DNA of 64,000 nucleotides from assembly GCA_964504135.1 (NCBI GenBank), contig CAZDCW010000003.1:427-64426 (forward strand), written 5' to 3'. The DNA comes from an uncultured Methanosarcinales archaeon (GTDB taxonomy: Archaea; Nanobdellota; Nanobdellia; Woesearchaeales; UBA10216). The notes beneath the pieces were generated by a model, which searched no databases, was not told the DNA's origin, and worked only from the letters and a program-made list of their open reading frames with translations. Shown here one piece after another: positions 30,912-38,676 of this stretch. The translations under genes were made by a program, and so were the position numbers. Numbering within the stretch: position 1 is the first letter of the stretch; every line of letters begins with the position of its first letter.

Positions 30912-31577
30912 ATGGTAACCGCAGCCAATCTTGTGCAAAAGTGGGTTAGGGAAAGGCCAATGATAGAAGAGTCCCTAAGACAGGGCCTTGTCAATTATGC
31001 GGCCCTGGCTGAAAGGATGCACAAGCATGTGGAAGCAGGGCTGGGGAAAAAGGCAACCATGCCCGCCATTGTGATGGCTCTCCGAAGATACCAGGAGCAG
31101 CTCCAAGGCAACGAGCCGAAGAAAGCAACGGCATTGTTTGGCAGGGAGATAATCATGAAAACAGGCATAGCAGACATAGGCGTAATGAAAAGCGCAAGCC
31201 TTGCTGCAAAGCTTGAGAAGCTCTATAAGATTGTTGACCTGAGCAAAGGCGACACGCTGAACCTGGTGCATGGGAACCACGAGGCAAGCATAATAACCAG
31301 CGAGAAGTACATGGAGAAAGTCCTTGCTGTCCTGATCCCTGAAAAGGTAATACTGCGGGAAAAAGGGCTTGTGGCGCTTTCGCTTTCCATTTCCGAGCAG
31401 CATATTTACACTCCAGGCACCATTTTCATCGCTGCCCGCCAGCTTGCATGGGATAATGTGAATATTTTCGAGATTATTTCCACAGCGACTGAACTGACTT
31501 TCATAGTGAGCAGGAAAGATGCCATCCGCGCATATAATTCGCTTTCTGAGCTTGCTTCAGGCCAGCATCAGGCCTAA
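30912..31577 (+). CDS. HTH plus ACT-domain protein, putative amino-acid-responsive regulator divergent from lysC
   Basis: GLVNYAALA..AIVMALRR N-terminus; TPG...NVNIFEIISTATELTFIV ACT-like C-terminus. Confidence 0.75.
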   Translation: MVTAANLVQKWVRERPMIEESLRQGLVNYAALAERMHKHVEAGLGKKATMPAIVMALRRYQEQLQGNEPKKATALFGREIIMKTGIADIGVMKSASLAAKLEKLYKIVDLSKGDTLNLVHGNHEASIITSEKYMEKVLAVLIPEKVILREKGLVALSLSISEQHIYTPGTIFIAARQLAWDNVNIFEIISTATELTFIVSRKDAIRAYNSLSELASGQHQA

Positions 31578-31627
31578 ACAGCAGGCAGCCTGTAAAAATT
31601 ATAAACAGCAGCGCTTCCCCACAGTAA

Positions 31628-32503
31628 ATGACAACAGTTTTAATGCTGAATGAAGGGCCAACAGGAGTAAGCGCGTACATGGCAGAAAAAAGCCATGGCA
31701 TAGAGACACTCGTAAGGCAGCATGGTGCGGATGCCTTGTTCGCATACTATGGTGACGACAGAAACGACCTTCCAGCCTTGCTCCACGAAAATACGGCCCT
31801 GCCCGCATGCCCTCCGGACGCCACTTATTGCGTTATTCAAACCGTCAAATCAATCGGGGGAATTGTGACGGAAAACCCCCTGCTCGCAGGTTTCTACGAG
31901 GTATACGCGCGTGCATGGGCAAGAGGGCTGACAGCAGTAATAACAGACAGGGATGGGTCAATAGTAAGGCAGGGCGACTATTCATCAGGAGCAGACTTCC
32001 ATAAGTTAGCGCGTGGCATGGGCCGGGGAGGAAAACCATGGATATACTTCCTCACTGGAGCAGGTGCAGAGCAAAACCTTGCCTTGATAAAAGGCTTAAA
32101 CCTGCACCGAATAGGCGGAAAAACCAGAAAGAATCCTTACCTGGTAATGGCCGAAAACGGGCTTACCAGGGTAAACATATATGACCCTTCTGATGTTATT
32201 GACAACATTGGCGGGATAGACCCGGACACCTTTAATAAAATGCCTGGCTTCAGGCAAACAGTCCTGGAACTTTTGCAGCCTGTTCTGCAAAAATACGGGT
32301 TTTCGCTGGCCACCGATGAAAAGAAACAGGACAGCCAGGTCGGGTATCCAAACAAAAAAGGGGGAGCCTCAATAGACCTGCCCAGAAATGTAGGCGGGCA
32401 GGATTATAGGGGTACAGAGGCTGCATGGCAATTCAAAGCTGAATTGCTGGAAGTTATGATATGTGCAGCAGAGATGAACAATTTACCCTGGGCAATGGCA
32501 TGA
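31628..32503 (+). CDS. HAD-like hydrolase, apparently circularly permuted Cof/IIB type
   Basis: EKSHG and YGDDRND precede TDRDGS, FLTG and MAENG. Confidence 0.65.
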   Translation: MTTVLMLNEGPTGVSAYMAEKSHGIETLVRQHGADALFAYYGDDRNDLPALLHENTALPACPPDATYCVIQTVKSIGGIVTENPLLAGFYEVYARAWARGLTAVITDRDGSIVRQGDYSSGADFHKLARGMGRGGKPWIYFLTGAGAEQNLALIKGLNLHRIGGKTRKNPYLVMAENGLTRVNIYDPSDVIDNIGGIDPDTFNKMPGFRQTVLELLQPVLQKYGFSLATDEKKQDSQVGYPNKKGGASIDLPRNVGGQDYRGTEAAWQFKAELLEVMICAAEMNNLPWAMA

Positions 32504-32558
32504 AGGGGAAATCTGGCCATAGAAACCTTTATAATATTCTGCCAACGAACTCAAGCCA

Positions 32559-32801
32559 ATGCCAAAATTCAAGGTCATATATGACAAGCCGACGTGCATT
32601 GGCGCGGCGAGCTGCGTTGCTGTGGCCCCGAAATTCTGGGAGCTTGTAGGCGACAAGGCTGAGCTTGTAGGCGCGACTTTCAACGAGGCCACAAAGAAAT
32701 TCGAGCTTATAGTGGAGACTCCTGAGGATATCCAGCTGAACCAGGACGCTGAGGCTGTATGCCCTGTTGCGGCGATTAAGGTGGAGAAGATTTCTGATTA
32801 A
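32559..32801 (+). CDS. Single-cluster ferredoxin, probably [3Fe-4S]
   Basis: CIGAASC...CP (second Cys replaced by Ala). Confidence 0.9.
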   Translation: MPKFKVIYDKPTCIGAASCVAVAPKFWELVGDKAELVGATFNEATKKFELIVETPEDIQLNQDAEAVCPVAAIKVEKISD

Positions 32802-32822
32802 GCGTGTGGTTGAGGAGTCACA

Positions 32823-33017
32823 ATGGCAACAATATTCCCCTTACAAATGAAAGATACCCTGAGTTCCGTGCGGTCAAAGGCTTTGGTACCAAAACCATAT
32901 TCCATGGAAAACGCAATAAAAAGTTTGCCCGGAAAAACCACCGGACATTTCCGGAAGGTTTGCGCACAAGGCTTTCAGGCCCTGCGCACTGGGAATTTCG
33001 CCGTTCCAGACATTTGA
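32823..33017 (+). CDS. Possible small hypothetical protein
   Basis: gaggag RBS-like sequence before ATG; no motif. Confidence 0.3.
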   Translation: MATIFPLQMKDTLSSVRSKALVPKPYSMENAIKSLPGKTTGHFRKVCAQGFQALRTGNFAVPDI

Positions 33018-33087
33018 GGCATTAGCACTGGACAGCTGGCAGGTTGATTCTTATAAAGAAGGGCCAGATTGCTTATAGAAATGAAAT

Positions 33088-33159
33088 GGCCGCGTCGTCT
33101 AAAGAATAGGACGATTCAATCACAGGGATCTAATCCGAGTTCAATTCTCGGCACGGCCG
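33088..33159 (+). pseudogene. Degenerate tRNA-like gene (Val-CAC-like)
   Basis: Acceptor GGCCGCG/CACGGCC with one mismatch; perfect T arm CCGAG-TTCAATT-CTCGG; D loop lacks GG; 8-nt anticodon loop. Confidence 0.6.
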
Positions 33160-33294
33160 CATTTTTGTCGTCTAATGGACGGACAATTCCTCTTCGCAGT
33201 GTATATTCAGCATCATCAGATATAAAAAACTTTTGAAAATCCTCTTCGGGTCAGGAGGGCTGGCGCGGCAAATGCTGCGCCGGCATTTATCATC

Positions 33295-33600
33295 ATGGGG
33301 TTCATCACAGTTAACGGCCGGATGCTGGATTATGCTGAGTGCAGGAGGCAGGCCAAGGCAGTTGAGGCTGAGGCTTTGCGTGAAATTGGGGAAGTTTTGT
33401 CCAAGTACGGGTTTAGGGTTGAGGGTGATGGGAAAACATTTGTGCTCGATAGATTGAATTTGGCTGTTTCTTTGGAAATCAGGCACATGAATTATGAATG
33501 GCAGGCTGGCAGTACGCCTCCGGACCGTACACGTTACCAATTCCCGAAAGGGGCTGCTGAATCCAGGGCAGCCACAGCCCGCTACTGTCAGTCAGGTTAG
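33295..33600 (+). CDS. Hypothetical protein whose 3' end is formed by a family B repeat
   Basis: 101-aa ORF; 33510-33585 matches repeat B. Confidence 0.4.
   Translation: MGFITVNGRMLDYAECRRQAKAVEAEALREIGEVLSKYGFRVEGDGKTFVLDRLNLAVSLEIRHMNYEWQAGSTPPDRTRYQFPKGAAESRAATARYCQSG
33510..33585 (+). repeat. Family B long copy
   Basis: cagtac..accgtacacgttaccaattcccgaaagggg..cacagcccgctac. Confidence 0.8.
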
Positions 33601-33708
33601 TTCAGGTTAAGTTAATCCATCTCCTCTATGTTTTAACTGGTATCTAATGTGTGTGTCCTATAAGGATTGCACAATGTTTAAATTGCTGGCACAAACACAA
33701 CTGTATCA

Positions 33709-33981
33709 ATGAGGCAAATCACCGATTCAAAGCTGGACAAGTATTTCTCCATTACAGCGCTTGCCATAGAAAAGGCAAAGGCGAATCATGACGGTGGGAA
33801 AGTCGCCCTGGATTTCCTTGACATGGCCGAAAGATACCTTTCTGATGCCAGGCATTTCAGGCAGAAGGGAGACTACGTCTCTGCATTTGGCGCTGTTAAC
33901 TATGCCCATGCGTGGCTTGATGCTGGCGCCCGGATTGGCGCTTTCAGGGTTAATGACTCCAGTTTGTTTGCCAGCGATTAG
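33709..33981 (+). CDS. DUF357 family protein
   Basis: MAERYLSDARHF..GD..AFGAVNYAHAWLDAGARIG. Confidence 0.9.
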   Translation: MRQITDSKLDKYFSITALAIEKAKANHDGGKVALDFLDMAERYLSDARHFRQKGDYVSAFGAVNYAHAWLDAGARIGAFRVNDSSLFASD

Positions 33982-34673
33982 TGGTAGGCTGGGCTTTGGG
34001 CAGGGATTGCCACTTCAAAGGCTGTTCCCTCCCCTGGGGCTGATTTTACCCTGATTATTCCGCCAAGCTCATCAACTGCCCGCTTTACAGAGTATAGGCC
34101 AAGTCCTGTGCTTCCCTTTGTGCTGTAGTGCGGCTCAAAGGCGTGGCTTAGGTCTGTCATTCCTGGCCCTGTGTCTGCAACGCCGAGGACAACATAAGGC
34201 AGGGAGTCGTGAGTGGATATAAGCACCCTTCCGCCCTTTGGCATCGCGTCGCTTGCGTTCTGGACCAGGTTCTGCATTATTGTGTAGACATCAAGCGGTC
34301 TGCCTCTTATAACGCCTGATGACTGTAGGTCGTATTCGAATGCGACGTTATGTGCGTTTGCCTCAAAGAGGCATGACATGTCCCTTACCACCCGGCTGAG
34401 GTCCCAGTAGTCCTCTTTTGCCCCGGTGATGTTCATGAGCTGTGTGGCCAGGCTTGCTGTGTAGCGGCAGACGTCTGAGGCCTTGTCTATGATTTGAGCT
34501 GCCTCTGCGTTTTCTACCCTGCCTTTTGCGTACCGCAGGTATAGGACCGCTGCTCCAAGGGCGTTCTTTATGTCATGGCCTGCGCATTCGGCCAGCAGGG
34601 ATAATTTGTCAAGCTGGCCATTGTAATCGCTGACTGCAACAGCGTCACCTGTCATAGTGTTCATTGTGATCAC
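33978..34673 (-). CDS. Sensor-less histidine kinase (HisKA plus HATPase_c)
   Basis: HDIKNAL H-box, NLVQNASDAM, DTGPGM, FEP..STK, GLGL. Confidence 0.9.
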   Translation of the reverse strand: MITMNTMTGDAVAVSDYNGQLDKLSLLAECAGHDIKNALGAAVLYLRYAKGRVENAEAAQIIDKASDVCRYTASLATQLMNITGAKEDYWDLSRVVRDMSCLFEANAHNVAFEYDLQSSGVIRGRPLDVYTIMQNLVQNASDAMPKGGRVLISTHDSLPYVVLGVADTGPGMTDLSHAFEPHYSTKGSTGLGLYSVKRAVDELGGIIRVKSAPGEGTAFEVAIPAQSPAYH

Positions 34674-34783
34674 CCTGTTATCGTGCTGTACAGTTATATC
34701 ATTTCAGCCATATTATATTGTCCTGAAACAGAAATGAAACAAATGTCAAAAAATTTTTAAACCATGCGGGCTGATGGAAAAAA

Positions 34784-35317
34784 ATGGATGAGATTGATGA
34801 TGAGCCTTGCCCTGTCTGCAGGGAGAAAAAGCTGATTCTTACTGAGCGGGAGGAGGATATCCCGTATTTCGGTCGGGTCTACCTTTTCTCAATGACCTGC
34901 GCGGCATGCAAGTTCCACAAGGCGGATGTTGAGTGCATTGATGAGAAGGACCCGGTAAAGTATACGATAGACGTAAGCGGCGAGGAGGACATGAAGATAA
35001 GGGTTGTGAGGTCCAGCCAGGCGACAATCAGGATTCCTCATATTACTACAGTTGAGCCTGGGATAGCCTCGCAGGGGTTCATAACAAATGTCGAGGGCAT
35101 TATTAACCGGGTAAAGGGCCAGCTTGAGGGCATTAAGCAGGATGACGATGACCCGGATGCCTACTCAAAGGCCAGGAATCTTTTAAAGAAGCTCAACAGG
35201 GTGGTTTGGGGTCAGGAGAGGATGAGGCTGATTATTGAGGATCCGAGCGGGAACAGCGCAATAATCAGCGACAGGGCGAAGGTGGAACGGTTCAGGAAGC
35301 AGTCACCTTCTGCGTGA
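34784..35317 (+). CDS. ZPR1 zinc-finger domain protein
   Basis: CPVC..IPYFG..CAAC, ITNVEG, EDPSGNS. Confidence 0.95.
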   Translation: MDEIDDEPCPVCREKKLILTEREEDIPYFGRVYLFSMTCAACKFHKADVECIDEKDPVKYTIDVSGEEDMKIRVVRSSQATIRIPHITTVEPGIASQGFITNVEGIINRVKGQLEGIKQDDDDPDAYSKARNLLKKLNRVVWGQERMRLIIEDPSGNSAIISDRAKVERFRKQSPSA

Positions 35318-36490
35318 GTATCCTGCCACAATCCTTCTGGGAAAATTTCTTGAAAAATCCCTTTTCGGCATTATGAATTGGACCCGCCTGAAGGAGGGGA
35401 CAGGTTGCCTTTGGATGCCAAGCGACCTGTCCTCCATGACATGCCTGAAATTCTCATGGTCCGCTTCAGCCAAAATCGAAATTGCCTTGCCAGACTTGCC
35501 AGCCCTTGCAGTCCTCCCAATCCTGTGGACGTATTCTACGCTGGTTTTCGGGATGTCGTAGTTGAATACGTGGGATACGTTCCTTATGTCCAGGCCCCTG
35601 GCTGCGACGTCAGTCGCTACAAGGATATGGACCTTGCCTGTTCTAACGTCCCGCATCACCGCATTCCTCTTTGCCTGCGTGTGGCCCCCGTGTATGGCCA
35701 CCGCATTTATTCCGTTGGCTGTGAGGTTCCTTGTTACAGTGTCCACTCTTGACCGCGTGGCGCAGAAGACGATTGAAAGCCCGGGTTTCTCCTCTGAAAT
35801 CAGGTGGAGAAGGATGGAAAACTTGTCCTGGGGCCTTACGTCGTAGTAAAGCTGCTTGAGCGCTCCTTTGTCAACATAGGGGTTTGCCCGCAGCATATGC
35901 GGCGCCTTCATGTATTCAGACGAGATTGACCTTACCTCCGGCCCTATGGTGGCTGAGAACAGCATTGTCTGCCGTTCCCTGGGCAGGGTTTTGATTATTC
36001 TCCTTACGTCGTCTATAAACCCCATCTCGAACATTTTGTCAGCCTCGTCAAGGACAAGGAATTGCAGCCGTCTGAAGTCAGCCGTGCGCCTTGAAAGGTG
36101 GTCGAGCATCCTGCCTGGAGTCGCGACTATTATCTCGCTCCTTCGCAATGCGCTGATTTGCGGCTCGATGTCTACGCCTCCGTAGACTGCGGCTATTGCC
36201 AGTTTTTTGTTTCTGGAGAGCCTTCTGAATTCAAATGCGACCTGCTCGGCCAGCTCGCGCGTTGGCGCCAGCACAAGGCACTGCACGCCCTGTCCTGGGG
36301 TTGCCTTTGATATTATTGGCAGCGCAAACGCGGCTGTCTTTCCAGAGCCTGTCTCGCTCTGCGCTATTACATCCTTTCCGGACAGGAGTGCTGGAATGGC
36401 TTTCTCCTGTATGAATGTGGGCTTCTCATAGCCAAGGCCAGCCACGGTGCTTACCAGATAGTCTGGCAAATTTAATTCACTGAATTCCAT
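35303..36490 (-). CDS. DEAD-box RNA helicase
   Basis: TGSGKT, PTRELA, DEAD, SAT, ARGLD, HRIGRTAR. Confidence 0.97.
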   Translation of the reverse strand: MEFSELNLPDYLVSTVAGLGYEKPTFIQEKAIPALLSGKDVIAQSETGSGKTAAFALPIISKATPGQGVQCLVLAPTRELAEQVAFEFRRLSRNKKLAIAAVYGGVDIEPQISALRRSEIIVATPGRMLDHLSRRTADFRRLQFLVLDEADKMFEMGFIDDVRRIIKTLPRERQTMLFSATIGPEVRSISSEYMKAPHMLRANPYVDKGALKQLYYDVRPQDKFSILLHLISEEKPGLSIVFCATRSRVDTVTRNLTANGINAVAIHGGHTQAKRNAVMRDVRTGKVHILVATDVAARGLDIRNVSHVFNYDIPKTSVEYVHRIGRTARAGKSGKAISILAEADHENFRHVMEDRSLGIQRQPVPSFRRVQFIMPKRDFSRNFPRRIVAGYSRRR

Positions 36491-36701
36491 TTTATTACCT
36501 CACTTGTTTTATTTAGAATTAGCACTCCTCAATGACTGCGATTCGCACTAATCTATGGACAGGCAATTTTAGTTGGCTTATAAACCTTTTGGTTTTCGGT
36601 TTTTTGTGCAGGCTAGTGGCATGACACTGCTTAATTTTAGGTAGCAGGCTGACTCAGCGAAGGTTTGTAGTTTGACAGTTAAATCAGTGAACATTGCAAA
36701 C

Positions 36702-36773
36702 CAGTGAACTCCAAGCCGTACACGTACCGATTCCCGAAAGGGCGGCTGAAGCAGGGCAGGAACAGGCGGCTAC
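36702..36773 (+). repeat. Family B long copy; inverted partial copy at 36641-36655
   Basis: cagtg..agccgtacacgtaccgattcccgaaaggg..gaacaggcggctac; gtagcaggctgactc is the reverse complement of the short-copy 3' end. Confidence 0.75.
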
Positions 36774-36812
36774 CAGTAATAGCTACCAGTAATAAAATAG
36801 CTACCAGTAATA
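36769..36812 (+). repeat. Tandem repeat GCTACCAGTAATA x3
   Basis: Directly visible; begins within the 3' end of repeat B. Confidence 0.9.
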
Positions 36813-36862
36813 ATGTGGTTATTCAACCAATTGTTCAACTAAATCATGTTCAGTGCCATGGA

Positions 36863-37270
36863 TTACCCTTCTCCGCCTGAGTCCGTATTGAAGTGCAGCC
36901 TGCCGAGGTTGTCTGTCTGGAGCCTGCCTTTCAGAAGGTAAACTTTGCCTGGTGTGAGCGGGCATTCAGCCTGGCAGTTGGTTCCTGCGCATTGCAGGTT
37001 TGTGGGCAGGCGTATGCTTCCTTTGGCTTCTTCTGCGAGGAATAGCTGTGCCGTGCAGGTCTGGCAGCAGGGGTTGGAGGCAGGGCAGGGCTCATTGCTG
37101 CATGAAGTTGTGTTGATTACCATTGCTGACACGCGCATTTCCTGGCCAAGCAGCCTGTCGGAGTTTTCTATCAGGTCAGGGAGGGAGTATGCTGAATCAG
37201 CCTTGCCGCAGCCTGTGATTAGGGCTGCCATGAAAAGCCCCAAAATCAGGTAGTATCTGTTTCCTTTCAC
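36863..37270 (-). CDS. Cys-rich putative lipoprotein
   Basis: Signal ending LITGC; CSNEPCPASNPCCQTC and CAGTNCQAEC. Confidence 0.75.
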   Translation of the reverse strand: MKGNRYYLILGLFMAALITGCGKADSAYSLPDLIENSDRLLGQEMRVSAMVINTTSCSNEPCPASNPCCQTCTAQLFLAEEAKGSIRLPTNLQCAGTNCQAECPLTPGKVYLLKGRLQTDNLGRLHFNTDSGGEG

Positions 37271-37343
37271 CTGCCTGAATGCTGGAGGCAGGTATTTAAA
37301 CCATTCGGCAAGATTTAAAAAGATTCAGCCCTACCTTTCTCAT

Positions 37344-38069
37344 ATGAGGAGAGTTGCTTTTATCTTTCTGCTTCTGCTGTTGCCTGTTGCCCGCGCAGAG
37401 CAGTTTTTTGCTGACGTTACAATTTCAGTTGATGGGACAGGCTCTGCCAGGATTAGGGGCATTTCCAATCATCCGCTTCTTGCAGAGCGTACAACTCAGG
37501 AGTTCACTTCAAAGAGGGGCAGCCACTGGCTGCTGAACATAAGTGTCAATGACTCATTCTCCGAGTATGTCTATTCTGTTGAGTTGCCAGCAGGAGCTGA
37601 GATTAATTACATTAAGAGTTCAGGGCAGATTAGGATTGGGAATTCAGGCGACCATTCCTTTGTGAAGGGCACTGGTAAGGGACAGGTGCTGGCTATTGCG
37701 GTGGAGTATAGCATAGCAGAGGGTATCCGGAGTGTTCCTGTGGCGGCTGGAATTGCTGTCCTCCTCGCGGCTGCTGGAATTGGCTGGCTGGCTTTCCGCA
37801 TCGCCAGCTCCAGGAGGCGCCCTGTTTCTTGGTACAGGAAGCAGCTTCTGCCCCCCCGCCAGCTGCAGATTGTTGAGCTGCTGGAGAGGGCTGGCAAGCC
37901 GCTTACCCAGAAGCAGGTAGAGGCCGCTGTTAAAATTCCTAAGTCATCAATATCCAGGAATCTGGAGAGCATGGCCAGGAGCGGCATCATTTCAAAGGAA
38001 ACCCATGGTATGACTAATGTGGTTTACCTTAACCAAAGTCCGCCTGACAAGGCGTTTAGAAACCTTTAA
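37344..38069 (+). CDS. Membrane-anchored protein: signal peptide, extracellular domain, TM, C-terminal winged HTH
   Basis: LTQKQVE..IPKSSISRNLESM..GII....GMTN. Confidence 0.85.
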   Translation: MRRVAFIFLLLLLPVARAEQFFADVTISVDGTGSARIRGISNHPLLAERTTQEFTSKRGSHWLLNISVNDSFSEYVYSVELPAGAEINYIKSSGQIRIGNSGDHSFVKGTGKGQVLAIAVEYSIAEGIRSVPVAAGIAVLLAAAGIGWLAFRIASSRRRPVSWYRKQLLPPRQLQIVELLERAGKPLTQKQVEAAVKIPKSSISRNLESMARSGIISKETHGMTNVVYLNQSPPDKAFRNL

Positions 38070-38189
38070 ATATTACTGCCCAATCCTCCCCTGTATATGG
38101 CTTTGCAGTCTTTCTACATTGCTGGTGCAAATTAATTCCCGCCAAGGCTATGTTGTAGGAGGTGGCAGGGCCATTTGCCGCGTTGAGAT

Positions 38190-38293
38190 GCCCTGGTAGT
38201 GTAGTCCGGCCTATCATGCAGCCCTGTCAGCCGCAGTAGGCAGAACGGCTGCGACCCGGGTTCAAAACAAGTGTGAAAGTCCCGGCCAGGGCG
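38190..38293 (+). tRNA. tRNA-Asp(GTC) with two introns (37/38 at 38230-38245; T loop at about 38267-38279)
   Basis: GCCCTGG/CCAGGGC acceptor, anticodon stem around CTGTCA|C, T stem CCGGG/CCCGG. Confidence 0.9.
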
Positions 38294-38307
38294 CTTATGC
38301 TTAGGGT

Positions 38308-38411
38308 GGGCCGGTAGCGCAGCCTGGAGGCATGCTGGGCTATAGCGCGTCTGCCTTTTAAGCAGACGGTCACGGGTTCGAAACCAAGGCACGAAAGTCC
38401 CGTCCGGCCCT
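38308..38411 (+). tRNA. tRNA-Lys(TTT) with D-loop and T-loop introns
   Basis: GGGCCGG/CCGGCCC acceptor, GCGC/GCGC D stem with oversized loop, TCTGC-CTTTTAA-GCAGA, ACGGG/CCCGT T stem with 15 extra nt. Confidence 0.88.
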
Positions 38412-38433
38412 TTTATGGTATTGCAGGTAACAA

Positions 38434-38676
38434 ATGACCAAGAAGGTTGACGTAAAGAAACACGTGCTTGTGCCCAGGGGGCAGAAACTGGGTGAGAAGG
38501 AGAAGGAGGAGCTGCTTCAAAGGTACAGTATAGGTATTGCAGAGCTTCCCAGGATTAAGAAGAGCGACCCCATGCTGGGTGGAATGGGTGCAAGGCCAGG
38601 CGACGTGTTTAGGATTCAGAGGAACAGCCCTACTGCTGGAAAGACTGTGTTTTACAGGGTGGTTGTAAGTGGGTAG
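38434..38676 (+). CDS. rpoH: RNA polymerase subunit H (Rpo5)
   Basis: HVLVP, LPRIKKSDP, SPTAG..YRVV. Confidence 0.97.
   Translation: MTKKVDVKKHVLVPRGQKLGEKEKEELLQRYSIGIAELPRIKKSDPMLGGMGARPGDVFRIQRNSPTAGKTVFYRVVVSG

Noticed and set aside
33088..33159. tRNA-Sec or UGA suppressor
   Set aside because: No long variable arm or extended acceptor stem, and TGA serves as a normal stop in many genes here.
36769..36812. CRISPR array
   Set aside because: Units are 13 nt with no unique spacers and no cas genes; no regularly spaced repeat-spacer array was seen anywhere in the window.
38096..38182. Third tRNA-like sequence before tRNA-Asp
   Set aside because: A weak stem and a GGTGCAAAT motif are present but no cloverleaf can be built; treated as leader.
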